Assembly: GCA_963725515.1 (NCBI GenBank)
Contig: CAVRZB010000008.1
Coordinates: 137,791 to 201,790 of the forward strand
From: an uncultured Solirubrobacteraceae bacterium
GTDB lineage: Bacteria > Actinomycetota > Thermoleophilia > Solirubrobacterales > Solirubrobacteraceae
Reading direction: 5' to 3'
Length of the DNA stretch: 64,000 nt
Within the stretch, counting starts at the first letter, position 1. The number at the start of each line of letters is the position of its first letter. The notes beneath the pieces were generated by a model, which worked only from the letters and a program-made list of their open reading frames with translations, searched no databases and was not told the origin of the DNA. Made by a program: the position numbers and the translations under genes. Shown here piece by piece: positions 40,935 to 50,139 of the stretch.

Positions 40935-41996
40935 ATGAGCGCAGTGGGGCCGGAGCCGGTCAGCTTCGAGCTCGACCGGTTCGAGCTGGTCGGCGATGAT
41001 CGGCTCGAGATCACGGGACGCTGGTACGGCGTGCGCGGCCGGCGCTTCGTGCGCCCCAGCCTGACCGTCGCCGGCGGCGCCGGGCGCAGCCGCGCCCTGG
41101 CCCTGCTCGACGACAAACCCTGGGCGGCCGACGACGGCGCTCCGTGGATCGCCGCCTTCCCGTGGAACTCGCAGGACGCCGACCTGGCCGACGCCGAGCT
41201 GGCGGTCGCCCCCGACATCGCCATCGCCCTCCCCGGGCCGACCGCAGGTGGGCCCCCACCCGAGCGCCGCACCGCAGTCGGATCAAGGGCCGGCCGCAAG
41301 CGCCTGCCCCGCGTGGGCCCCGACCACGACACCGTGAAGGCGCGCTCTGACCGCGACGCCGCCCGCCGGGCTCAGCTGGAGGCCTTCACCGAGCGTGACG
41401 CGGCGATCTCGCAGCGCGATGGCGCGCGCCGGCGAGCGCGCGCGGCCGAGGGCGAACGGGACGACGCGCTGGCCCAGAGCGCCGCCGCCGAGGGCGAACG
41501 GGACGACGCGCTGGCCCAGAGCGCCGCCGCCGAGCTCGAGCGGGCCAAGGCGGGGGCCGAGCGCGAGCAGGCGCTCGTGGCGCGCGACGCCGCGACCATG
41601 GAGCTCGAGGCGGCCAACGCCGAGCGCCGTCAGCTCGAGCGAGAGCTCGACCAGGCGGTCGCCGCGAAGCGAGGCCTCGCGCAAGAGCTCAACCAGGCCC
41701 ACGCCGAGCTCGAGGCCACGCGCGTCGAACGCGACGGCCTCGGCACCGAGCTCGAGCGACTGACCACCGAGCTCGCGCGACCGAGCGCCGAGGGCGAACC
41801 ACCGGACGGGACTCGCGATGCCCTCCAGCCGTTGAGCCTGCCCGCGCCGCCGCCGCTCGCCCCCGACCCGGTGCCGATCACGCCGCCCGAGCGCGCTCTG
41901 ACGCAGGGCCGCCGCAGCGCCGGCTGGATCAGCCGGTCGGTCGCGCTGCTGGCGCTCTTGGCCATCGTGCTGGCGGTGCTCATAATCCTTCACTGA
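40935..41996 (+). CDS. Uncharacterised coiled-coil protein with N-terminal beta domain and C-terminal TM anchor
   Basis: FELDRFE...GRWYGVRGRRFVRP, long Ala/Glu/Arg heptad region, terminal hydrophobic helix. Confidence 0.65.
   Translation: MSAVGPEPVSFELDRFELVGDDRLEITGRWYGVRGRRFVRPSLTVAGGAGRSRALALLDDKPWAADDGAPWIAAFPWNSQDADLADAELAVAPDIAIALPGPTAGGPPPERRTAVGSRAGRKRLPRVGPDHDTVKARSDRDAARRAQLEAFTERDAAISQRDGARRRARAAEGERDDALAQSAAAEGERDDALAQSAAAELERAKAGAEREQALVARDAATMELEAANAERRQLERELDQAVAAKRGLAQELNQAHAELEATRVERDGLGTELERLTTELARPSAEGEPPDGTRDALQPLSLPAPPPLAPDPVPITPPERALTQGRRSAGWISRSVALLALLAIVLAVLIILH
41445..41528 (+). repeat. Exact 42-bp intragenic tandem duplication (AEGERDDALAQSAA x2)
   Basis: gccgagggcgaacgggacgacgcgctggcccagagcgccgcc at 41445 and 41487. 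Confidence 0.9.
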
Positions 41997-41998
41997 AC

Positions 41999-42427
41999 AT
42001 GGCCCGGCAGATGTCAGGCGACGAGTTGCGCGCATTCCTGATGTTCGGCACGCGCACGGGCAAGATCGGGACCGTGATGAAGAGCGGCGCCCCGCACGTG
42101 ATGCCGATCTGGTTCGTGCTCGATGGCGAGGACATCGTCTTCACGACCGGCCGTGACACGGTCAAGGGCCGCAACCTCCGCCGCGACCCACGTGTCTCGA
42201 TGGTGGTCGACGATCAACAGCCGCCGTACTCATTCGTGCACGTCCGCGGCGAGGCCCGGATCAGCGAGGACCCGGACGAGCTGTTGAGGTTCGCAATCGA
42301 GATCGGTCGCCGCTACATGGGCGCTGAGCTCGCCGAGGAGTTCGGACGCCGCAACGCTGTGCCCGGTGAGCTGCTGGTCCGGGTCGCCCCGATCCGCGTG
42401 ATCGCCGAGGCCGCCGTCTCGGAGTGA
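41999..42427 (+). CDS. PPOX-class F420-dependent oxidoreductase
   Basis: GAPHVMPIWF, KGRNLRRDPRVS. Confidence 0.88.
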   Translation: MARQMSGDELRAFLMFGTRTGKIGTVMKSGAPHVMPIWFVLDGEDIVFTTGRDTVKGRNLRRDPRVSMVVDDQQPPYSFVHVRGEARISEDPDELLRFAIEIGRRYMGAELAEEFGRRNAVPGELLVRVAPIRVIAEAAVSE

Positions 42428-42463
42428 CGGCCCGCCGCATGCGGTGACGGCCCGCCCACACGC

Positions 42464-43420
42464 TCAGCGGGCCGCAGTTGCCGGACCGACCTCGGGATCC
42501 TCGTCGACGGCCCGGCGCAGGGCTTCGTCGAAGGGCGTCGCCGGCACGTCGAAGAGCTCCGACCCCGACGGGTCGGTGACCACCGTCGGCACGGCCAGGC
42601 CCTCGACGAGCGGCCGGGCCACCCCGGCGTCGACCGGCGTGACGAGCCCGATCCAGTGCGAGGAGAGCCACGGGGTGATGAACGGCACGGGGATGCGCGG
42701 CCGGCGGCGAAGCCCGAGCACGAGCGCCATGCGGTCGAGCATCTCCCCGTAGGACAGCACGTCCGGGCCGCCGATCTGGATCTCACGGCCGGCCGAGGCC
42801 TCGATCGAGGGGGCCTGGACCAGATAGGCGAGCGCGTCGTCGATGGCAATCGGCTGGGTGTCGTTCTTCAGCCACGCCGGGGCGATCATGGCCGGCAGGC
42901 GCTGGACGAGGTAGCGCAGCGTGCGGTAGGACTCGCTCTTGGCGCCCACCACCATGCTCGCGCGGAAGTAGGTCAGCGGCGGGCCCGATTCCCGCAGCGC
43001 GAGCGCGGTCTCGTGACGACTGCGAAGGTGCTCGGATTGGGGGCGGTCCCCGAGACCTCCCAGGTACACAACGCGGGCGACCCCCTCGGCGCTGGCCATG
43101 GCGGCGAACGCCGTGGCCGCACGACGCTCGCGCGCGGCAAAATCGGCGCCGCCCCCGCGACCCATCGAGTGGATCAGGTAGTAGGCCACGTCGACGCCGT
43201 CCCCGGCACCGCGCAGCGTCTCGGGCTTCAGGACATCGCCCTCGTGGAGCTCGAAGCCGGCGGCGGCCAGCTCGCGGGCGCTCCGCCCGCGACCGTCGCG
43301 AACCATGGCGCGCACGTTCCAGCCGGCATCGGCCAGTTCGTGCGTGAGCTTGCCACCCACGAAGCCGGTGGCGCCGGTGACCAGCGCTCGCCCTCGCGCC
43401 GGGTTCTCTGGGGATGTCAC
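42464..43420 (-). CDS. Atypical SDR / NAD(P)H-binding protein
   Basis: LVTGATGFVG, AYYLIHSM, VYLGGL, SEHLRSR, QPIAIDD. GGAG SD before GTG 43420. Confidence 0.85.
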   Translation of the reverse strand: MTSPENPARGRALVTGATGFVGGKLTHELADAGWNVRAMVRDGRGRSARELAAAGFELHEGDVLKPETLRGAGDGVDVAYYLIHSMGRGGGADFAARERRAATAFAAMASAEGVARVVYLGGLGDRPQSEHLRSRHETALALRESGPPLTYFRASMVVGAKSESYRTLRYLVQRLPAMIAPAWLKNDTQPIAIDDALAYLVQAPSIEASAGREIQIGGPDVLSYGEMLDRMALVLGLRRRPRIPVPFITPWLSSHWIGLVTPVDAGVARPLVEGLAVPTVVTDPSGSELFDVPATPFDEALRRAVDEDPEVGPATAAR

Positions 43421-43509
43421 GGGGTCTCCACGCTGCTCGGCACCGCTCTGCACCCTTCCCCCTCTCCCGAGGGAGAAACCCGGATCGGCGCGCGCGTAAT
43501 GATCACACG

Positions 43510-45255
43510 TCAGCCGACACCGACCGGTGCCAGCAGCAGGGCGGTCACCGCACCGGCCTCGGAGGCAAGGCCGAGCAGCGGCGCGCCGCCACCCGAACGG
43601 CCCGCGGCCGGCTTGGCGGCCGACGTCCCCGCGCGCGTACGGCTGCGCGCGGAGGCCACGATGTGGGTCGAGCTCCGGCCCGCGTGGGCCGCCGCCGTCG
43701 CAGACCCCCCGGCAGATCCGCCGGCCGAGGCGGGGACCGCGGCCAGGGGAAGCACGCGGCCGGCGAGGGCCAGGGCGGCCTCGGCGGTCACCCAGACGGG
43801 CGTCTGGTCAGTCGAGGGCGAGTAGCGGACGTGACCGTCGGAGGCGGTCATCGAGCGCAGGAAGGAGAGCGGCGAGCGGGCCCCTCGGCGGAGTCCCGCC
43901 GGGTTGACTCCGGCGGCCAGCAGACCCTGCACGGCCCAGGCGGTCGACTGCGCGTTGGACTCGCCGCCGGCCTGGGATGGAAAGCCACCGTCCGCGTTCT
44001 GCTGCGTACGCAGGAAGCGAACCGCGCGGGGCGTGGTGCGGCCGGGACCGAGCGCCTCGAGCGCGCCGCCGGTGTCGTCTACGTCGCTCTGCCCGCCTGC
44101 CGTGGCAAAGGAGAAGCCGCCGTCAGAGTTCTGCTGGCGCCGCAGCCAGCCGATCGTATTCGAGGGCGGCGCGACGCCGGCGGCGCGCAGGGCCAGCACG
44201 GCGAAGGCCGTGAGGTTGACCTGCCTGGCCACCGAGCCGTCCGGACGCAGATGACGCATGAGCGCCCCGACCAGATCATGCCCGGCGAAGTTGCGCGCCG
44301 AGCCGCCGGCCGCCCCGACGACCAGGATCGTGCGCTCGAGCGACCCCACGTCGCCGATTGAGCCGACACCGCCGGCCACGTAGTCGAGCACGCTGGCCCC
44401 GCCGTGGCGCACGTCGGCCGGGCTCTGGCCGAAGGCGGCCAGGCCGAGCGCGCTCCAGCCGGCATAGAGCTGTACCGACGGGTCGCCGGGCGCGGCCCCG
44501 AAGCCGCCGTCGGCATTCTGGGCGCCGCGCAGGTACGTGCTCGGCGAGGCCGCGCGGGCGGGAGTGGCGGCGGCCAGGGCGAGCGCCTGCGGGGCGAGTA
44601 GGACGACGAGCAGCGCGGGCACCGCGCCGGCCGGCTTCCAGGTGACCTGCAGACGCGCCCCGAAGCGCCGCACCGAGCGCGCCAGAGCCGGTCCGAAGGC
44701 GAGCGCAAAGGCCAGGCAGCCGCCCGCGTGGACGAGATCGAAGCCGATCCCCTTGCCGAGGTAGACGCCGAGCTGGGCGCTCGAATGATCGCTGTAGGTG
44801 ACCCAGTCACCCACGTCCTGGAAGGCGGCGAAGCCGAACCCCACCACGGCGCAGATAACGGCGAGCGGCCAGCGTGATACCAGCAGCTGCTCGTCCCTGG
44901 CGCGGCGCCCCACCATGCCCAGCCCGGCGCCGAGCAGGCCGACGACGCCCCAGGCCGCCATCTGCCAGGGCGTCCAGGGACCCTGTCCGAAGAAGAAGTT
45001 CGAGGTCAGCCCGGCCAGCGCGCCGACCACGAAGCCCGGGGCGGCGCCAAGCGCAAAGCCGGAGATCAGGACGATGTCGGTCGTCGGCTTGACGTTCGGC
45101 AGGGCGGCGAAGGCGATCCGGCCCAGCGCGGCGAAGGCGGCCAGCGTGCCCACCATCGCGATGATCCGGGCGTCCGGCCGCCTGCGCTCGTACCAGGCGA
45201 ACCCGGCGCCGAGCGCCAGCGCCAGCACCGCGAAGGCCCCGACCTGCCAGCTCAC
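43510..45255 (-). CDS. ECF transporter S component (CbrT-like) fused to a prenyltransferase/squalene-oxidase-repeat barrel
   Basis: LGRIAFAALPNVKPTTDIVLISG...GQGPWTPWQMAAWG, then repeats YLRGAQNADGGF, WLRRQQNSDGGF, FLRTQQNADGGF. GTGA coupling to the ATPase. Confidence 0.8.
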   Translation of the reverse strand: MSWQVGAFAVLALALGAGFAWYERRRPDARIIAMVGTLAAFAALGRIAFAALPNVKPTTDIVLISGFALGAAPGFVVGALAGLTSNFFFGQGPWTPWQMAAWGVVGLLGAGLGMVGRRARDEQLLVSRWPLAVICAVVGFGFAAFQDVGDWVTYSDHSSAQLGVYLGKGIGFDLVHAGGCLAFALAFGPALARSVRRFGARLQVTWKPAGAVPALLVVLLAPQALALAAATPARAASPSTYLRGAQNADGGFGAAPGDPSVQLYAGWSALGLAAFGQSPADVRHGGASVLDYVAGGVGSIGDVGSLERTILVVGAAGGSARNFAGHDLVGALMRHLRPDGSVARQVNLTAFAVLALRAAGVAPPSNTIGWLRRQQNSDGGFSFATAGGQSDVDDTGGALEALGPGRTTPRAVRFLRTQQNADGGFPSQAGGESNAQSTAWAVQGLLAAGVNPAGLRRGARSPLSFLRSMTASDGHVRYSPSTDQTPVWVTAEAALALAGRVLPLAAVPASAGGSAGGSATAAAHAGRSSTHIVASARSRTRAGTSAAKPAAGRSGGGAPLLGLASEAGAVTALLLAPVGVG

Positions 45256-46862
45256 GCGGTCACCTCGATCCGCCGCCGCGCGCCGATCAGCTCGGCCCCA
45301 TCCTCGGGCGAGAGCGCTCCGCCGGCGCCGCCGAGGATCCGTGCCGTCTCGGTGGCGAAGTAGGTGCCACCGGCGAGCACCTCCGGGGTCGGCCCGTCGG
45401 CGATCGGCGCCCCGTCGGCCAGCAGCACGACGCGCTCGGCGAACGCAGCGGCGAACTCGGGATCGTGCGTGGCCACGAGCACCGCCGCATCCAGGGATCT
45501 CAGGGTCGCCGCGAGCTCGCCCTTCAGCGCCCGGTCCATGCCGCGCGTCGGCTCGTCCAGGCACACGACGGCCGCCGGGTCGCCGGGCGAGTCGAGCACG
45601 ATGGCCAGCGCCAGGCGCTGGCGCTCTCCGCCCGAGAGCTCGCGCGGGTGCCGGCCAGCGAACGACGGGTCCCCCAGGCCCATGCCCGCGAGCGCCGCCG
45701 CTCCGGCCTCCTCGGCGACGGTCTCGTGGATCAGATAGTCCGTCGGGTTCTGCAGCAGCAGGGCAACGCGGCCCGAGCTGTGCACGCGCCCGCGAGTGGG
45801 CCGCATGAGCCCGGCGCCATGGCGCAGCAGCGTCGATTTTCCCGCCCCGTTTCGCCCCATCAGGACCACACGCTCACCGGGGGCGAGCTCGAGCGACACG
45901 GAGCGCAAGATGGCAGGGCCGTCGGCCAGCTCGTGCCACACGCCGTCGAATCGCAACGCCGGCTCTGGGCTGCCCTTGCGCCGCCGGCGGCTCAGACGTG
46001 TACGCGGCGCCGTCGGCGCAACGGCGGCCTCGGGCAGCAACCCGTGCTGGCGCAGGGCCGCTCGGGCCCGGCGCACCCCGACCCGCGGCGGCCGCACACC
46101 GACGGCGCCGAGCAGGCGGGCGCCGGGGGTCTGAAGCTCGGGCGCGGCGAGCGCCGCCCATTCCAGGAACTCGCCCGGGGCCGCGTCGCAGCCCACATGA
46201 CCGTCGACCATGGCGATCACCCGATCGGCGAAGCCCAGGCAGCGTTCGAGGCGGTGCTCAGCCAGCACGATCGCGGTGTCGGAGTCCTCGTTGAGCCGGT
46301 GCAGGAGTGAGATCAGCTCATCGCCGGCGACTGGGTCGAGCTGCGAGGTGGGCTCGTCGAGCACGACCAGCGCCGGCCGACCGGCGAGCGCGGCGCCGAG
46401 CGCCACGCGCTGGAGCTCGCCGCCGGACAGCTCCGCGGTCGAGCGCTCGAGCAGGTGAGCGATCCCCAGCGCTAGCGCCGCCTCCTCCACCCCGCGCGCC
46501 ACGGCGGCCGTGCCCAGGCCGCGGTTCTCGAGCGGGAAGGCCAGCTCGGCCCGCACCGTCCCCATGATCACCTGGGTCTCAGGGTCCTGGAAGAGCGAGC
46601 CGACGACCGCCGAGAGGTCGCTCGGACCGTGGACGCGCGCGTCCATCTCCCCCACGACGACCTGCCCGGAGATCTCGCCCCCGTGAAAGTGCGGCACGAG
46701 GCCGCCCGCGGCGCGCAGCAAGGTCGACTTGCCCGATCCCGACGCTCCGGCGAGCACCACGAGTTCACCGGCCGAGATGTCCACGGACACGTCGCGCAGG
46801 GCGGGCCACGCGGCTCCTGGGTATGTGTAGGTCAGCCGCTGCACGCTGAGCACACTGGTCAT
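45252..46862 (-). CDS. Tandem-fused ECF ATPase (EcfAA')
   Basis: GASGSGKST/LSGGELQR/LDEPT and GRNGAGKST/LSGGERQR/LDEPT; FQDPETQ. Confidence 0.92.
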   Translation of the reverse strand: MTSVLSVQRLTYTYPGAAWPALRDVSVDISAGELVVLAGASGSGKSTLLRAAGGLVPHFHGGEISGQVVVGEMDARVHGPSDLSAVVGSLFQDPETQVIMGTVRAELAFPLENRGLGTAAVARGVEEAALALGIAHLLERSTAELSGGELQRVALGAALAGRPALVVLDEPTSQLDPVAGDELISLLHRLNEDSDTAIVLAEHRLERCLGFADRVIAMVDGHVGCDAAPGEFLEWAALAAPELQTPGARLLGAVGVRPPRVGVRRARAALRQHGLLPEAAVAPTAPRTRLSRRRRKGSPEPALRFDGVWHELADGPAILRSVSLELAPGERVVLMGRNGAGKSTLLRHGAGLMRPTRGRVHSSGRVALLLQNPTDYLIHETVAEEAGAAALAGMGLGDPSFAGRHPRELSGGERQRLALAIVLDSPGDPAAVVCLDEPTRGMDRALKGELAATLRSLDAAVLVATHDPEFAAAFAERVVLLADGAPIADGPTPEVLAGGTYFATETARILGGAGGALSPEDGAELIGARRRIEVTA

Positions 46863-47719
46863 CCGATCCCCCGGCGATCCGTGAAGGGCAGCAGCGCGAC
46901 GACCGCCAGCGCCACGGCCAGCAACAGCTCGCTGAGACCGAGCGGCACGTGCAGCGACGGGTAGGCGTGAAACGGCGCCAGGCCGCCCAGACGCCCCACG
47001 AGCGCGAGGCCTACGAGGGCCACGGCGGAGCCGCCGAAGGTCAGGTCGTGGCGCGAGTACGGGCGCTGGGCCCGCGGCGGCTTGGCCGAACCGCCAAATC
47101 CCCGCACCTCGAGCGCTGAAGCCACGTCCAGAGCGCGGTCGAGCGCCCCCGAGCTCGCGGCGCGTATCAGGGTCACACGCGACGGCGGCGGCCCGGGCCG
47201 ACAGCGCTGGGCGTCGGCCAGACGGCGGGAGTCGCGCATCAGGACCGGCACCATTCGGGTGGCCAGGGTCGCCGTCAGCGCCGAGCGGAAGGACACGCGC
47301 CGAAAGAGGCGCAGCACCTCGTCGGGATCGACGGCGGCTGTGTAGAGCGCGCCGCAGAGGATGAAGGCGACCGCCCGCAGACCGAGCATCGCGCCGTACG
47401 CGGTCGCTTCGAGGGTGATGTCGGTGTGGTCGAGGATCGGCAGCTGGCCGAGCCGCACGATCACGTGCAACCCGTCGCGGCTCACCAGGGCGTTGACGAG
47501 CATGATCAGGAGGGCCAGCGGGACGGCGAAACGTGCCGCGCGACGGAGCTCCGCACCAACGCCGGCCGCAGCTCCGGCACCGAGTGTGGCCAGCACGACG
47601 GCGCCCAGCTCGAGCGGGTGGTCGAGCAACAGTGCCGCGACCGCAAGCGCGAGACAGTACAGGCACCCGGCGCCCGCCCGGGCGGCGTGGAGCGGGCTGC
47701 GGCGGCGCCGGTAGCTCAC
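46859..47719 (-). CDS. ecfT: ECF transmembrane component T
   Basis: Several TMs, ALDVASALEVRGF (XRX motif). GTGA coupling. Confidence 0.85.
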   Translation of the reverse strand: MSYRRRRSPLHAARAGAGCLYCLALAVAALLLDHPLELGAVVLATLGAGAAAGVGAELRRAARFAVPLALLIMLVNALVSRDGLHVIVRLGQLPILDHTDITLEATAYGAMLGLRAVAFILCGALYTAAVDPDEVLRLFRRVSFRSALTATLATRMVPVLMRDSRRLADAQRCRPGPPPSRVTLIRAASSGALDRALDVASALEVRGFGGSAKPPRAQRPYSRHDLTFGGSAVALVGLALVGRLGGLAPFHAYPSLHVPLGLSELLLAVALAVVALLPFTDRRGIG

Positions 47720-48660
47720 GGTGTGCTCACCGGCAGCGGCCATACACGGTTCCCCTGTACGGCCAGCGCGAAGCGGTTGTGCAGCTGAGCCTGGTTGAAG
47801 GCCTTTGACGCGGCCAGCACCCCTGTGCTGTCGGTGCCGGTGACGAACCAGGTGGGCTCGGAGAGCTTGTCGCGGGTGGCGGCGATCAGTCCCGCCCCGG
47901 GGCCAAGCGTGGTCACGGCGCGGGCGCTCGGATCGAGCAGCGCGAGCGTGCTGCCGGTGCGTCCGCCGAAGCGTGCGTAGACGCCACTGGCCGAGGGGCC
48001 GTGGGCGATCAGACTGGCCGCCACCTCCGCGATGACCTCGCGCCACGGCGCCACCACGACACCGATCGTGTCCGACCCCGAGCCCGTTCCGATCAGCTGG
48101 CTGGCCAGCGGGACGTGAATGGCGCGAAGGGTGGCCGTGACGCGGTCGCAGGCCGCCTTGACGTCCGAGCCGCATTCGATCGTTACCGGCAGTCGCTTGC
48201 CGCCAACGCCGTGCACGAACGGCTCGGGAAACGATCCGACAACCGCTGGAATCGTGTCAGTCGCGGTCCAGTCGTGGAGGTCCCACCAGATCCGGTCGCC
48301 GCGGTGCACGGCCGTCGTGGCCGCGCCGGCCGCGGCCTCGACGCCGTTGACGTAGTAGAACCAGTCCAGGTGCGGCCCGCCTCCGGCGAGGCCACCGATC
48401 GACTCGACGAAGCCCCCGCCGTACCTGGTCTGGACCGGCAGGGAGCGCTCGAGCATCCGCATCACCGTCTCCGATCCCGGCACGTGGGATCGCGTGACCG
48501 ACCTCACGCTACGCGCGCCGAAGTCGCGCGTCACGTTGAGGTTGACCTCGCTGGTGCCGGCACCCGGTCCGAGCCCGCAGCCCCCAGCGCCGGCGGCCGC
48601 GAGGGCGACCGCCAGCGTTGCGAGGGCGATGCGCGCGGCTGGGGCCCGGCCGGCCATCAC
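47716..48660 (-). CDS. DUF4430 (transcobalamin-C-terminal-like) lipoprotein
   Basis: Lipobox AGGC, TRYGGGFVESIGG...DWFYYVNG......VHRGDRIWWD. Confidence 0.75.
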   Translation of the reverse strand: MMAGRAPAARIALATLAVALAAAGAGGCGLGPGAGTSEVNLNVTRDFGARSVRSVTRSHVPGSETVMRMLERSLPVQTRYGGGFVESIGGLAGGGPHLDWFYYVNGVEAAAGAATTAVHRGDRIWWDLHDWTATDTIPAVVGSFPEPFVHGVGGKRLPVTIECGSDVKAACDRVTATLRAIHVPLASQLIGTGSGSDTIGVVVAPWREVIAEVAASLIAHGPSASGVYARFGGRTGSTLALLDPSARAVTTLGPGAGLIAATRDKLSEPTWFVTGTDSTGVLAASKAFNQAQLHNRFALAVQGNRVWPLPVSTP

Positions 48661-49340
48661 TACGAGACGCGCACGGTCACCGGGACCGACCGGACATACC
48701 CGGTCTCGGTGGCGGCGTACTTCAGCCGCCCGGCGTGATGCGCGGTCAGGGTCACCGTCCCGTGCTTATTGGTGATCGCCCCGTCCACATGTGCGCCTGC
48801 GAGCGGCGTGGGGACCCCCGCCGGGCGCTTCGGTGTGGGCTTGTAATAGATGGCCTTGAGCTCAAACGGTCGCCCGACGCCGGCGCGCGCCGGTCCGCTG
48901 AGCACGATCGGGAACTGGCTGCCGTCGGTCACGGCGAACAGCAGTTGCTCACCCTTGCGGAGCTTGAGGCCGCAGACGCCCGCCTGGGCGGTGCGGTTGT
49001 CCACGAAGACCGTCCAATAGAAATTCCCGGCCGGCTTCACGCCGAAGATCGATGCCACGAAGATCCCGGGCGTCCCTGAGAAGATCTTGCCCTGCCAACG
49101 GCCGCGCGTGGCCGCATCCAACGCACCGGCGGCGGTGGAGGCCGGGCAGCTGCCCTTGGCCGCACCCCCCTTGGTGATCGACCCGGCATGGGTGTGCACA
49201 AGGGTCGGCGCAAGCAGCGTGCTTGTCCGGCCTTCGATACGCACGGACACGGCGGTCCCGGCCGCCGGCGCGGCCGACGCAGGAGCGAGCACGAGCGCAG
49301 TGCTCGCCCCGACTATGGCAACAGAACGTCTGACTGTCAT
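48660..49340 (-). CDS. Secreted DUF4430-like protein with C-terminal Ig-like segment
   Basis: Signal peptide, IFVASIFG...YWTVFVDN...AGVCGLKLRKGEQLLF. Confidence 0.6.
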   Translation of the reverse strand: MTVRRSVAIVGASTALVLAPASAAPAAGTAVSVRIEGRTSTLLAPTLVHTHAGSITKGGAAKGSCPASTAAGALDAATRGRWQGKIFSGTPGIFVASIFGVKPAGNFYWTVFVDNRTAQAGVCGLKLRKGEQLLFAVTDGSQFPIVLSGPARAGVGRPFELKAIYYKPTPKRPAGVPTPLAGAHVDGAITNKHGTVTLTAHHAGRLKYAATETGYVRSVPVTVRVS

Positions 49341-49377
49341 GAGAGCCACCCCTTTCCACGAGGGCGTATGGGCTTGG

Positions 49378-49528
49378 CGGTCGGAGGCTGGTCTCCTGGC
49401 TTACGGGCCTACCGGCCGCGCCTTCCCGGGCACTCGGCGTGCCCAGTGGCTCATTGCGGACGGCGTCCCCGATCACAGTGGCGGGTCCGCGCCGGATCCT
49501 CCCCGGCTTCCCATCTCCACCGACCTTG
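49378..49528 (-). ncRNA. Cobalamin riboswitch
   Basis: Minus strand reads GGGAAGCCGGGGAGGATCCGGCGCGGACCCGCCACTGTG...GCCACTGGG...GGGAAGG...AAGCCAGGAGACCAGCC (B12 box). TACGAT -10 at 49543-49538. Confidence 0.93.
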
Positions 49529-49581
49529 AACTGGAGGATCGTACCGCTTCACGTCAAGTCACACGTAGAATCTGTCCCCCC

Positions 49582-50139
49582 GTGACCGTCAATCTCACCC
49601 GCATCTACACGCGCCTCGGCGACGGCGGCGAGACCCACCTTGGCGACATGAGCCGGGTGCCCAAGACCCACCCGCGGATCGAGGCCTACGGCACGGTCGA
49701 CGAGCTCAATGCCCAGATCGGCGTCGCGCTCACCGTCGAGGGGCTGCCGCCGGCGTACGCCGAGTGGCTGGCGCGTATCCAGAACGACCTCTTCGACGTG
49801 GGCGCCGACATATCCGCGCCCCACGACCCCGATCGCGAGCGGCTCCGCGTGCTGCCCGAGCAGACCACGTGGCTCGAGGAGCGCTGTGACGAGGTCAACG
49901 ACACGCTCGAGCCGCTGCACTCGTTCGTGCTCCCAGGCGGCAGCGCCGCGGCCGCCCACCTCCATGTCTGCCGGACCGTATGCCGCCGGGCGGAGCGGCT
50001 GGTCATCGCCTGCGGTGAACAGGTCAACGCCGAGGTCGTGCGCTATCTGAACCGGCTGTCGGACCTGCTCTTCATCCTCAGCCGCGGCGCCAACCGCGGT
50101 CAGGAGCCGCTCTGGGAGCCCGGCCGGTACCGGCCGTGA
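49582..50139 (+). CDS. Cob(I)alamin adenosyltransferase, PduO type
   Basis: IYTRLGDGGET, RIEAYGTVDELN, IQNDLFDVGA, FVLPGG, RRAER, YLNRLSDLLF. Confidence 0.95.
   Translation: MTVNLTRIYTRLGDGGETHLGDMSRVPKTHPRIEAYGTVDELNAQIGVALTVEGLPPAYAEWLARIQNDLFDVGADISAPHDPDRERLRVLPEQTTWLEERCDEVNDTLEPLHSFVLPGGSAAAAHLHVCRTVCRRAERLVIACGEQVNAEVVRYLNRLSDLLFILSRGANRGQEPLWEPGRYRP

Noticed and set aside
42424-42456. 13-bp direct repeat gtgacggcccgcc x2 around the palindrome ccgcatgcgg
   Set aside because: Too short to support a target-site duplication or element; no mobile gene nearby
43510-44520. Prenyltransferase repeats as a squalene-hopene cyclase or secondary-metabolite gene
   Set aside because: No DXDD motif seen, only one barrel's worth of sequence, and the B12-riboswitch/ECF context argues for a binding role
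49549-50099. C-terminal part of the 482-aa PAP2 ORF as a real domain
   Set aside because: Antisense to the well-conserved adenosyltransferase; explained by the frameshift at about 50241
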